From the IMG/VR virus record IMGVR_UViG_3300027668_001405, positions 64,001 to 128,000 of that record: DNA of 64,000 bases. One strand, 5' to 3'. Below the pieces are notes generated by a model that saw only the letters and a list, made by a program, of their open reading frames with translations, ran no database searches and was not told the origin of the DNA. This document shows, in pieces, positions 10,567 through 19,885 of the stretch. This stretch comes from a virus. Within the stretch, counting starts at the first letter, position 1. Every line of letters begins with the position of its first letter. The position numbers and the translations under genes were made by a program.

Positions 10567-11619
10567 ATGCCAAAGTGTTTAATGTTTAAAAATGGTGTTA
10601 CAATAGGACCGATCGGAAACGTTCGTCCTTGTTGTATGTACATGAATGACGACATTGAACAACGTTATAATGAAGATGGGTGGCGAGAAAAGTTTGACGA
10701 ACTATACGAACAAAGTCTAACTAAATGGCTGCCTAACTGTTATGAATGTAAAGCAGAAGAAGACCGAGGTGGCAACAGTCTACGCATGGATGCTAACAAA
10801 TGGTTTGACGGTAAAGAAGGAATTCAATATTGGGATTTAAAATTGCACAACACATGTAATCTTACGTGTGTAATGTGTAATCCAATAAGCAGTAGCAAAT
10901 GGCAGAAGCTAGTAAATGAGAATCCTGAAGAAGATTTCTTACGTGTTGTTAAAAGCGAAGCAAAGATTAAAACAGGGTGGCATAAAGATATACTTCCATT
11001 AATGATGGAACAGCTATATGACACTAAGTATTTAAAGTTTACAGGCGGAGAGCCTTTCTTAATACCACATGTAAGAAAGATTATTAAACGTTTGTATGAA
11101 GAAGAAGTATCACCAGCAGTACGACTAAGTATTATTACAAACGGCACAGTTCCAATTGATGCTGAAATGCTTAAAATGTTACTAACGTTTAAAGACGTAG
11201 TATTCCTAGTAAGCATAGATGGAATAGAAGAACGCTTTGAGTATATAAGACAAGGCGCTAACTGGAAAGAAGTAGAACAGAACCTAAAGACATTTAAGGA
11301 AATTGAGGTGAATAATAACAACTTCCACCTCAACATAAATTACTTGCCTATGTCAATAAATGCCGCACAAAACGAATCAGCAACAGAATGGGCTAAGAAG
11401 TTAAAAATTAACCTTAGTAAGAGTGTTGAAATATATAGGCCAAAGTATTTGACATATGCCAGTTTAAGTGTTAAACTAAGGGATAGATATAATATAACCT
11501 CAGTACATGAGTATGACGAGGAGCAATATAACCAATTATTAAAACATATGGCTATAAAAGATAAGTTACTAGGCACCGACTTTAAGAGTGCTTGCCCGGA
11601 GTTCTTTGAAGATGAGTAA
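10567..11619 (+). CDS. N-terminal twitch-domain radical SAM protein
   Basis: KCLMF...RPCC...CYEC, CNLTCVMC, TGGEPF, TNGT, SIDG. Start placed at MPKC (10567). Confidence 0.9.
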   Translation: MPKCLMFKNGVTIGPIGNVRPCCMYMNDDIEQRYNEDGWREKFDELYEQSLTKWLPNCYECKAEEDRGGNSLRMDANKWFDGKEGIQYWDLKLHNTCNLTCVMCNPISSSKWQKLVNENPEEDFLRVVKSEAKIKTGWHKDILPLMMEQLYDTKYLKFTGGEPFLIPHVRKIIKRLYEEEVSPAVRLSIITNGTVPIDAEMLKMLLTFKDVVFLVSIDGIEERFEYIRQGANWKEVEQNLKTFKEIEVNNNNFHLNINYLPMSINAAQNESATEWAKKLKINLSKSVEIYRPKYLTYASLSVKLRDRYNITSVHEYDEEQYNQLLKHMAIKDKLLGTDFKSACPEFFEDE

Positions 11620-12838
11620 AAAATTACCCAGCGATACTTTTTGTGTATTGCCATTTATGCATGCCGCAGTTAATCCTGGTGGTGGCTTTCGTGTTTGTTG
11701 TAACAGCAATCCAGCTAACAACAAGGTACTAAGAGATGACGGAAGTGGTAAAGCATATAGAATATTCAAAGACGACATTAACGAAATGTGGAACAGTCAA
11801 TGGCTACAAAAGATTCGTAAGGAATTTATTGCAGGCGAACGTCCTGAAACTTGCCAGAGATGTTTCCGTGAAGAAGATGCAGGCATACGTAGTCCACGTG
11901 CAGGTTATAATGAAAAGTGGTACAAGGAAGATGTTAAAGTAGCAGAAGTAATTCCATTAGACATACGTTATGTAGATCTACGTTTGGGTAACTTGTGCAA
12001 CTTGAAGTGTCGTATGTGTAATCCATGGAGCTCTAGCATGTGGGTAAAGGATTGGAACAAAGTTACTGGAACAGCAGAGCTTACACCAAACGAACCACTA
12101 AGCAAATCAGACCTTGAGTTTATGGAAGTAATGCAGGAATGGCCAGACCGTAAACAAACTGGTGTTAACTTTGTAGAGATTGCAAGCACTATAGAAGAAA
12201 TATATTTAACAGGTGGAGAGCCTACTTTAGCTATATCGCAGTATGCATTATTTGACTATTGTATTGAGAATGATTTAGCCAGCAATATTAAACTAAAATA
12301 CAATACTAACCTAACAAACATTCCACAGAAAATGATTGACTATTGGAGTCACTTCAAAGGTGTGCAACTTAATTGTAGTATTGATGCAACAGGTGCCAGA
12401 GACAGGTACGTTAGGTATCCAAGTAGTTGGATGAAAATAGAACAAACATTTGATAAGCTATTAGCACTACCTAATGTAGGTATTCAAGTGCATTGTACAG
12501 TACAAGTATTAAATATGTGTGCTATGAGTGAATTGTTTGATTGGACTAGAAGCAAAGGTATACCAGACAAAGATATATACTTAAACATTCTTAATCATCC
12601 TGAGATGTACAATATTCGTACACTACCTACAGACTTAAAACAACTAGCAGAACAACGTTTACAGAATTATTTAGACATTCCAAAAGTTGCAGACTGCATT
12701 AAGTATATGTGGGCTGAAGATTGGTATGATAAGCGTTGGCAAGAGTTTATTGACTTTAACAATAAGACAGATCAACTACAGAAAGGTAACCTACTTGAGG
12801 TGTGTCCAGAATTTACTAATTATATTGACCATAAATAG
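11612..12838 (+). CDS. N-terminal twitch-domain radical SAM protein
   Basis: FCVLPF...VCC...CQRC, CNLKCRMC, TGGEPT, TNLT, SIDA. Start placed at MSKK (11612). Confidence 0.92.
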   Translation: MSKKLPSDTFCVLPFMHAAVNPGGGFRVCCNSNPANNKVLRDDGSGKAYRIFKDDINEMWNSQWLQKIRKEFIAGERPETCQRCFREEDAGIRSPRAGYNEKWYKEDVKVAEVIPLDIRYVDLRLGNLCNLKCRMCNPWSSSMWVKDWNKVTGTAELTPNEPLSKSDLEFMEVMQEWPDRKQTGVNFVEIASTIEEIYLTGGEPTLAISQYALFDYCIENDLASNIKLKYNTNLTNIPQKMIDYWSHFKGVQLNCSIDATGARDRYVRYPSSWMKIEQTFDKLLALPNVGIQVHCTVQVLNMCAMSELFDWTRSKGIPDKDIYLNILNHPEMYNIRTLPTDLKQLAEQRLQNYLDIPKVADCIKYMWAEDWYDKRWQEFIDFNNKTDQLQKGNLLEVCPEFTNYIDHK

Positions 12839-12856
12839 TAGAAAGGGGAGAACAAC

Positions 12857-13537
12857 ATGGAATATTTAGATATATTAAAAAATAGAAGTACTACGTTCAG
12901 CTGGACAACCGAGATGATTCCAGATGATGTGCTACTTGAAGTATGTGAAGAAGTACATTTATATTGCCCAAGTAAGAATAAGAAAATACCTTATGTAGTT
13001 CATATAGTTGAAAATACAGAGCAAGAACAACGCAAAACAATACACTTAGCTTGTCATCGAAATACTGATAAATCTACAGCAGAAGATGGCGGCAATCCAC
13101 AAGTATTAGCTCCTACCCTAATAGCATTTGTTAAACGTGAGGTTGAAGAAGCAGAAACAAGATACCAAACAATTGAGAAACGTGACGAACTAGGTACTGC
13201 TAATACAGACAATATTGAAATTGGAATGGTTGCAGTAACATTTTTAAATGCACTTACTAGACGAGGATGGGATACAGGATTATGTCAATGTATAAGAGAC
13301 AGAGACGGACTTGGAGCCTTGTTAGGTTTAGGCGGCCCAATAGATTTGTTTATTGGAGTAGGTAGACGAGAGTTAGAATCTACTGAAGGTGCTGTAACAG
13401 AAAAAGTATTTGATGAATTTCATTGGCCAGCTTATAGAGATCCAAGAGATGACTTAATGAAGAAAATTCCATATCCGTATGGAATGAATCCGTATCCAAA
13501 ACCGGAATTCAATGACGTATATAAAATTAAAAAGTAA
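12857..13537 (+). CDS. Nitroreductase-like flavoprotein
   Basis: N-terminal LKNRSTTFSW (RxSxR-like), CPSKNKKIPY, and IEIGMVAVTFL...RRGWDTGLC pattern. Confidence 0.6.
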   Translation: MEYLDILKNRSTTFSWTTEMIPDDVLLEVCEEVHLYCPSKNKKIPYVVHIVENTEQEQRKTIHLACHRNTDKSTAEDGGNPQVLAPTLIAFVKREVEEAETRYQTIEKRDELGTANTDNIEIGMVAVTFLNALTRRGWDTGLCQCIRDRDGLGALLGLGGPIDLFIGVGRRELESTEGAVTEKVFDEFHWPAYRDPRDDLMKKIPYPYGMNPYPKPEFNDVYKIKK

Positions 13538-13546
13538 AGACACACT

Positions 13547-14110
13547 ATGAGAATAATTGCAACAGGAAACCCTAACTTTGGCGTAGCAAGTGCTATCGCT
13601 GAACGATGGCCAGAAACTACATTTGTTAATAGAACAGATTGGGGCTACGATTTATGCCAAGATGGATACAAAAAGAAGCTAGCAGAAAAGACTCTTAACT
13701 ATGACGTCTTTATTAACTGTTCCGCACTATGGCAGTACCACCAAACTCTCCTACTAGATGTAGTCTATAAAAACGCTTTAAAGAACCGTAAACGACTACA
13801 TATAGTTAGTTTAGGTAGCACTACTGACCGGGCCACTAAAGGCTCTGATTGGCACTATCAGCAAGAAAAGAAAGCGTTACGTAGTACAAGCAACGCATTG
13901 GGCTTAAAAAGCATATGGGCAGGCGGTCCTAAGGTAAGTTATGTTACATTTGGAACACTTGAGAACAATGCACACAAGCACCCAGGTAGAGCTGTAATGC
14001 AACTAAGTGAAGCAGTAGATATGATTGAATATGTAATTAGTCTTCCAGATCATTTAAACCTAAATGAAATAAGCATGGACCCAATACAAACAGAGTGGCC
14101 GAATGTCTGA
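13547..14110 (+). CDS. Short-chain dehydrogenase/reductase-like protein
   Basis: IIATGNPNFGVASAIA Rossmann start, DVFINCS, IVSLGS, YQQEK (YxxxK). Confidence 0.7.
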   Translation: MRIIATGNPNFGVASAIAERWPETTFVNRTDWGYDLCQDGYKKKLAEKTLNYDVFINCSALWQYHQTLLLDVVYKNALKNRKRLHIVSLGSTTDRATKGSDWHYQQEKKALRSTSNALGLKSIWAGGPKVSYVTFGTLENNAHKHPGRAVMQLSEAVDMIEYVISLPDHLNLNEISMDPIQTEWPNV

Positions 14111-15281
14111 AGATAAAATGTGCTACATGCCTTGGCACGGAATTACGCTGAGTGCTAATGGCGATATTAAACCTTGTTGTCAATTTAGTAACAAAGGACG
14201 TAGACCTAATACTGAACACGACACTATTATGGAAAACTTTAATAGTGAACGTATGCAAGAATTACGTGGACAGTTTCTAATAGGTGAACAACCTAAAGCA
14301 TGTAACAGTTGTTGGGAGAGAGAAGACTTAGTAGGCAAGAGTAGACGCTTATGGTTCAATGAAAAGTTTATGAAAGACGACGAAGCTTTTCAACAAGGAT
14401 ACAACCCGTCAGACCTAGTAGTACCTAATCCTAAATTATATCAAGCAGATATTAACTTGTCAAACGTATGCAATTTGAAGTGTCGTATGTGTGGAAGTTG
14501 GGCCAGTAACAGTTGGTTCAAAGAAGAAATAGCACTAGCAAAAATAGACAAACGTTATGAGAAGAATGAACGTGTTGTTCCAATACAACAATACGACTTA
14601 GAAGATTTACGCAATATGCTACCTCACTTGAAAGAAGTCAAACGTATAGACTTCAAGGGTGGCGAGCCTATGATGGCAAAGCATCACAATCAATTCCTGC
14701 AATGGCTTATTGAAGAAGATATGACAGACATAGAATTGTTTTACACTACCAACGGAACAGTACAGAATCCTAAAATTATGGACTTGCTCAAACACTTCAA
14801 ACGTGTTAGTATATGTTTTAGTATAGAAGGTACTGGAGATTTATATAGATACATCAGAGGCGGTAGGTATGACATAGAAGGTTTTGAAAAATGCGTAGCA
14901 GTTTACGACAAATTAGAAAACGTACAAATTATGTTTAATGTAACATTACAGAACTATAACGTATTCAACTTGCCTGAACTACATGAGTTTTTACACGATT
15001 TAGAAGATAAATATAACAGAGTAAGTGCTAAACATAGTTTTGGTACAATCTGTAATAAACCTGCTTACCTAAGCCCAATTAATTTACCAGACGATTTACG
15101 TGATCAAGCAGTTGAGCGTTTATCATTATATGAAGATTTCGACCAATTGGTAAAGAGTATGAATAAGCGTGTATTCGACCCAGAACTATGGGAAGTGTTT
15201 ATTAACTTTACTAACGACCTAGACAAAATGCGAGGAGACAGTGTGTTAAAATCTGTGCCTGAGCTAAAGGATCATTTTTAA
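14103..15281 (+). CDS. N-terminal twitch-domain radical SAM protein
   Basis: MCYMPW...KPCC...CNSC, CNLKCRMC, KGGEPM, TNGT, SIEG. Confidence 0.92.
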   Translation: MSEDKMCYMPWHGITLSANGDIKPCCQFSNKGRRPNTEHDTIMENFNSERMQELRGQFLIGEQPKACNSCWEREDLVGKSRRLWFNEKFMKDDEAFQQGYNPSDLVVPNPKLYQADINLSNVCNLKCRMCGSWASNSWFKEEIALAKIDKRYEKNERVVPIQQYDLEDLRNMLPHLKEVKRIDFKGGEPMMAKHHNQFLQWLIEEDMTDIELFYTTNGTVQNPKIMDLLKHFKRVSICFSIEGTGDLYRYIRGGRYDIEGFEKCVAVYDKLENVQIMFNVTLQNYNVFNLPELHEFLHDLEDKYNRVSAKHSFGTICNKPAYLSPINLPDDLRDQAVERLSLYEDFDQLVKSMNKRVFDPELWEVFINFTNDLDKMRGDSVLKSVPELKDHF

Positions 15282-16000
15282 TGCTAGTAGGAATTGAAGA
15301 CAACCATGCACCCAAAGACGAGTTACTTCGAGTAGAATGGAACTTAGGCAAACGTTGTAACTATAACTGTAGCTACTGTGGTAACGAACTACATAACAAG
15401 ACAAGCGACCATATGAATTGGGAAGTGTACACAGCTACAATTGATAAAATTGTTGCGGCAGCTAATGGCAAGAAGATTAAAATTAGTTTTACAGGTGGGG
15501 AACCATTTGTACATCCACAATTTATTGATATGATGAAGTATGCTAAAGAGAATGGCGTATACAGATTAAGTGTAACTACCAACGGAAGTCCACCACCAAA
15601 GATATATAAGAAAGCATTGCCGTACTTGCATTACGTAGTAATAAGCTACCACTTTGAATTTGCTTACCACGACAAAGTTATTAATAACATTGTAGGCATG
15701 TGGTCAGACATTCAAGAGTATCGCAAGCAAGATCAGTGGAAAGGTATGCACGTACACATTATGGCACTACCTGGAAAGCTAGCACAATGGCAAGAGATTA
15801 TAACAGAATTAAAAGACTGTGGAGTTGAATATACAATACGTAAAATTAGACCACGTGTTAACATGGCTCGAACAGGCTGGAACAAACCACATCAAGATGG
15901 AATGTTAGGGCAACACCCTACTCACGAAGAAACCGAGAAGTATGCAGGACAATATTATAGTCCGGAAGAAGAGGAATGGCTTACTGCCCAAAATGCTTAA
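15281..16000 (+). CDS. Radical SAM core domain only; N-terminal half of a homolog of 19875-21062
   Basis: EWNLGKRCNYNCSYC, TGGEPF, TTNGS, ISYHFE; no SPASM domain. Confidence 0.85.
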   Translation: MLVGIEDNHAPKDELLRVEWNLGKRCNYNCSYCGNELHNKTSDHMNWEVYTATIDKIVAAANGKKIKISFTGGEPFVHPQFIDMMKYAKENGVYRLSVTTNGSPPPKIYKKALPYLHYVVISYHFEFAYHDKVINNIVGMWSDIQEYRKQDQWKGMHVHIMALPGKLAQWQEIITELKDCGVEYTIRKIRPRVNMARTGWNKPHQDGMLGQHPTHEETEKYAGQYYSPEEEEWLTAQNA

Positions 16001-16619
16001 TCAATCAGATGACAAATTGGAAATTGAACTAACTAGCAAGTGTGCATTACAATGCCCAGCTTGTGCAAGAGTGACACAATCTGATATGAAACAAGAATGG
16101 GATGCAGGACATTTAAGCAAAGAATTATTATTTAGAATATGTGACACTACAAACTTTCATAGATATCAATTTGTAGGTTGTTACGGAGATCCTATATACC
16201 ATCCTGACTTTTTGGAAATATGTAAATATTTTATGGCAGCAGGTAAGAAGATACTAGTGCATACAAATGGTAGTGCAAAGCCAGAAAAGTTTTGGAAGGA
16301 AGCAGCAGACATAGTTTGGAAAGGATGTATATTTACATTCAGCGTTGATGGACTAGAAGATACTAACCACATATATCGTAAGGGTTCTAAGTGGAAGCAA
16401 ATATTAACAGCAATGAAATATATGGCTAGTATACCTAGAGAAAACAGACCAACATTAGAATGGAAGTTTTTAGTATTCCCATACAATAAGCATCAAATAG
16501 AAGAAGCACGTACACTAGCAAACGAGCTAGGGTTTACAAAGTTTGAAGCATGGGATAGTTATAGAAATGCTAATTCTTATAACGTACCAGCAGAGGAGCT
16601 TCATAACTATGTTTCATAA
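15993..16619 (+). CDS. Radical SAM core domain only; homolog of the N-terminal part of 1026-2072
   Basis: CALQCPAC, GCYGDP, HTNGS, SVDGL. Start placed at 15993; the ORF track gives 15942. Confidence 0.85.
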   Translation: MLNQSDDKLEIELTSKCALQCPACARVTQSDMKQEWDAGHLSKELLFRICDTTNFHRYQFVGCYGDPIYHPDFLEICKYFMAAGKKILVHTNGSAKPEKFWKEAADIVWKGCIFTFSVDGLEDTNHIYRKGSKWKQILTAMKYMASIPRENRPTLEWKFLVFPYNKHQIEEARTLANELGFTKFEAWDSYRNANSYNVPAEELHNYVS

Positions 16620-16938
16620 GAATTTAGATCCTCAGTGTAGAAAAGAGAACATGCAGGAAAAGAATAATATTCAGCTTAGTGCTACTGGTTATTTAAAACC
16701 TTGTTGTTTTTATGGTACAAGCATTAACTGGAAACAGCTAATGACATGGGCAGACAATCGAGGACTTGATATAGAGAATTTGAATATTACTAAACATAGT
16801 GTAGAGAAGATATATAACTCTCCATTATGGGCAAACATGTTGCTAGGACAAGTTACAGGCGACTTACCAACTCCATGTTGGGACCTGTGCAGAGTTAATA
16901 GCACAAATAAAATAGATGTAAAAAAACATGCAAAATAG
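16609..16938 (+). CDS. Free-standing SPASM/twitch domain protein
   Basis: PQC...GYLKPCC...PCWDLC; ATG at 16609 preceded by GAGGAG at 16593-16598. Confidence 0.75.
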   Translation: MFHKNLDPQCRKENMQEKNNIQLSATGYLKPCCFYGTSINWKQLMTWADNRGLDIENLNITKHSVEKIYNSPLWANMLLGQVTGDLPTPCWDLCRVNSTNKIDVKKHAK

Positions 16939-18235
16939 AGACCACGAACAACTAGCAATAAAGGAAGCTAAGGCCTGGTTACTCGAGCCTGGTAATAACT
17001 TCTGTGCTATGCCGTTTATACATATGGCAATTGAAGCCACTGGCGACATACGTCCATGTTGCATGGGCAAGCCTTTAGAAGGAATGAGTATAATAGGTAG
17101 TACAGTTGCAGAACAGTTCAGGTCTCCAATAAGAGAAGAGTTTGTAGAAAAATTTAGAAACAATTCAAAGCCAGCTGAGTGTTCAGCGTGTTGGAAAGAT
17201 CCTTTTATTAGAGCAAAGTTTTCAACCTCACCTGGAGCATTATCATCTACAATAAATTTTATGAACACTGGATCTATTGAGAAAGAACTAATATGGTTAG
17301 AGATTAAGCCGGGCAATAGATGTAATTTAAAGTGCAGGATATGTGGAGTACACAACAGTAGTGCATGGGCAAAAGATGCTAACTCATTACGCAATTTTAA
17401 ATTTGGCGAGAATGTTCCTTTTAAAGAAAGTGAAGCATTCCAAGTAACACAAGCTGGCGAGTGGATTGAAGATGAAAACTTCTGGACTCAACTGTCTGGA
17501 TTTGAGTCTATTGAGTTTTTACATTTTATGGGCGGAGAACCTTTTATGGTACCTGAACATTTTCAAATGCTAGAACACCTGGTTGCAATGCCACACTTGG
17601 ATACATCAAGAATAACGTTAGCTTACAATACAAATGGCACATATTTTCCTAGCGAAGAGAACTTAGAACTATATAAGAATTTTAAGAAAGTACATATGTC
17701 ACTAAGTATAGACGACTTTGGACCTAGATTTGAATATCAACGTAAACTAGCTGAATGGGACCAAGTAAAAGAGAACCTTAGAAAGTTTGCTTTATTAGGA
17801 GAAGATGATAAGTTCTTTGTTAATCTAGATCCTACTGTAAGTAACTATAACATATTTTACATGGCAGAGATTTGGGACGAGTTCACTAAACTTGGCTTTA
17901 GGTTTCAAAGAGGTGGATTGAATCATTTTGTATTTACTGGTCCAGATGCAATTATTAATATTCCAGTTGAGATGAAGAAAATAATAACTGATAAATATGA
18001 GTATGCACGTACAAATACAGGACTTGTTGAAGCCTATACAGTGTCAGCAATAGATTACATGAATAGTCAAAGACCAAATCCTGAAGCTTGGAGTGACTTC
18101 ATAAATAAAACTATGCACTTGGACAGTATCAGAAAAGAATCGTTTGAACAGACGTTTCCAGAGATGCATGCACTAATAAAGGGTACAGATGGTTTTAAGA
18201 GACAGATGGCTATAATGGAATCCATGAATGAATAA
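16928..18235 (+). CDS. N-terminal twitch-domain radical SAM protein
   Basis: FCAMPF...RPCC...CSAC, CNLKCRIC, MGGEPF, TNGT, SIDD. Confidence 0.92.
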   Translation: MQNRDHEQLAIKEAKAWLLEPGNNFCAMPFIHMAIEATGDIRPCCMGKPLEGMSIIGSTVAEQFRSPIREEFVEKFRNNSKPAECSACWKDPFIRAKFSTSPGALSSTINFMNTGSIEKELIWLEIKPGNRCNLKCRICGVHNSSAWAKDANSLRNFKFGENVPFKESEAFQVTQAGEWIEDENFWTQLSGFESIEFLHFMGGEPFMVPEHFQMLEHLVAMPHLDTSRITLAYNTNGTYFPSEENLELYKNFKKVHMSLSIDDFGPRFEYQRKLAEWDQVKENLRKFALLGEDDKFFVNLDPTVSNYNIFYMAEIWDEFTKLGFRFQRGGLNHFVFTGPDAIINIPVEMKKIITDKYEYARTNTGLVEAYTVSAIDYMNSQRPNPEAWSDFINKTMHLDSIRKESFEQTFPEMHALIKGTDGFKRQMAIMESMNE

Positions 18236-18590
18236 TTTTAAAAACTTAATCAAGCACTATGATGATAAACCGTCTGAAGAGGATAACGCAAACAATGTTA
18301 TGGCTCGTGATGAGAATGATTTCCGTGGATGGGAATGTTGGGCAGGAGTACAAAACATTACTATTAGTAATACGGGAGATGTGTACAGAGCAATATGTAA
18401 AGTGGGTGGTAAACTTGGAAACATTTATGATGGATTTGAGATGCCCCAAGAAACAATTATATGTAATAAGCCTAGATGTATTTGTTCAGCAGATGTGCAG
18501 TTATCTAAAGCGTTACCAGAGCACGTACATAAATTAAGAATAGGCAATGAATCAAACCAATTAAACTTTGATGACATATATAGATCATGA
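18228..18590 (+). CDS. Free-standing SPASM-like domain matching the C-terminus of 19875-21062
   Basis: NDFRGWECWAG...C...LGNI...C...CICSAD aligns with NKFKGWECSSG...C...LGNI...C...CVSSAD. Confidence 0.75.
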   Translation: MNNFKNLIKHYDDKPSEEDNANNVMARDENDFRGWECWAGVQNITISNTGDVYRAICKVGGKLGNIYDGFEMPQETIICNKPRCICSADVQLSKALPEHVHKLRIGNESNQLNFDDIYRS

Positions 18591-19885
18591 ACAATTATAA
18601 CAAATTTAAAGAACGAGCAATAGGCAAGCTACATGGGATGCCAGTAGACAAAGAAACATTTTGTCCACTACCATTTGTACATGTTAGCACAATGCCACAT
18701 GGTGAAGTTAAACTATGTTGTAGAGCTCAACCACCTAAGAACGGAACAAACCCTAACGTTAAGAATCCTGAGTTTAATCTTAAAGATTATTGGCACAGTG
18801 AATATATGAATGAGGTGCGTGATGACTTAATATTAGGTGTAAAGAATTCACAGTGTAGTAATTGCTGGAAGATGGAAGACAACGAAATTGTTAGTTTACG
18901 TATGAATAGAATTACTGACTTAATGGACAACGATACATACAAACAGAATATAAACAAGTACCTAGTAGAACGTGAAGTAGATTTTAGTATTCCACTAATT
19001 GAACTTAAACTAAGCAACGTGTGCAACTTTAAGTGTCGCATGTGTTGGCCAAAGGATAGTTCAAAGTGGGTAACAGACTGGGATAAAGTTTCTAAATTTT
19101 ACAGTGAAGGCGACCAGCGTTACATAGAAGAGATTGTAGATAGCAACGGCCTACGTAAATCTAGGGTAATGAATTTATATGAGAAGGATAAAGACTTTGT
19201 TGATCAATTACTTGAATTGATGTCAACAGTTGAAGAAATAGAATTTGCCGGAGGCGAACCATTAATGGATCCAATACATTATCGTGTATTAAACAACATA
19301 CCAAATCCTGAGAATGTTACACTAAAATACAGCACAAACCTAAGCATTATGAAGATGGGCAAAAACAACGTAATTGACTTGTGGAAGAAGTTCAAGAGCA
19401 TTAAACTTACAATTAGCATAGATGGATATAAAGATCTTAATGCTAAAATTAGACGTGGTGCTGACTGGGACCTACTAAAGCATAACATTGCACTTGTTAA
19501 AGAGCATTGTCCTAACATAGATGTAATCAAAGGATCAACATGTATTAGCGGTATGAACGCAGAAGACTTGGGCAAAACAGCTGAAGCTATTGTGTTTGAA
19601 TTAGGTATACATTGGCACACAAGTCGTGTACAATGGCCCGATTTTTTACATGCTAACGTATTAAGCCCTGTACAACTAAAACGCGGTATTGATAGCTTAC
19701 AGACGCTCTTAGACACCCTGCCGGGGCGTGATAACGTACCCAGACAGTTTATGATGGAAACACATATTAAAGGTGCAATGAGCTGGTTAGAGTCATGTAT
19801 AGAGAAAAACGAACACCACAACAAATACACAAAATTTACTGAATTTAATGCAAAAATAACGGAGATGGATACAAATGGAAAATAA
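18587..19885 (+). CDS. N-terminal twitch-domain radical SAM protein
   Basis: FCPLPF...LCC...CSNC, CNFKCRMC, AGGEPL, STNLS, SIDG. Confidence 0.92.
   Translation: MNNYNKFKERAIGKLHGMPVDKETFCPLPFVHVSTMPHGEVKLCCRAQPPKNGTNPNVKNPEFNLKDYWHSEYMNEVRDDLILGVKNSQCSNCWKMEDNEIVSLRMNRITDLMDNDTYKQNINKYLVEREVDFSIPLIELKLSNVCNFKCRMCWPKDSSKWVTDWDKVSKFYSEGDQRYIEEIVDSNGLRKSRVMNLYEKDKDFVDQLLELMSTVEEIEFAGGEPLMDPIHYRVLNNIPNPENVTLKYSTNLSIMKMGKNNVIDLWKKFKSIKLTISIDGYKDLNAKIRRGADWDLLKHNIALVKEHCPNIDVIKGSTCISGMNAEDLGKTAEAIVFELGIHWHTSRVQWPDFLHANVLSPVQLKRGIDSLQTLLDTLPGRDNVPRQFMMETHIKGAMSWLESCIEKNEHHNKYTKFTEFNAKITEMDTNGK

Noticed and set aside
16543-16619. Frameshift or sequencing error joining the radical SAM core and the SPASM ORF
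   Set aside because: A GAGGAG Shine-Dalgarno sits 10 nt before ATG 16609, I saw no slippery heptamer, and a second independent split pair exists. Not fully excluded without reads.
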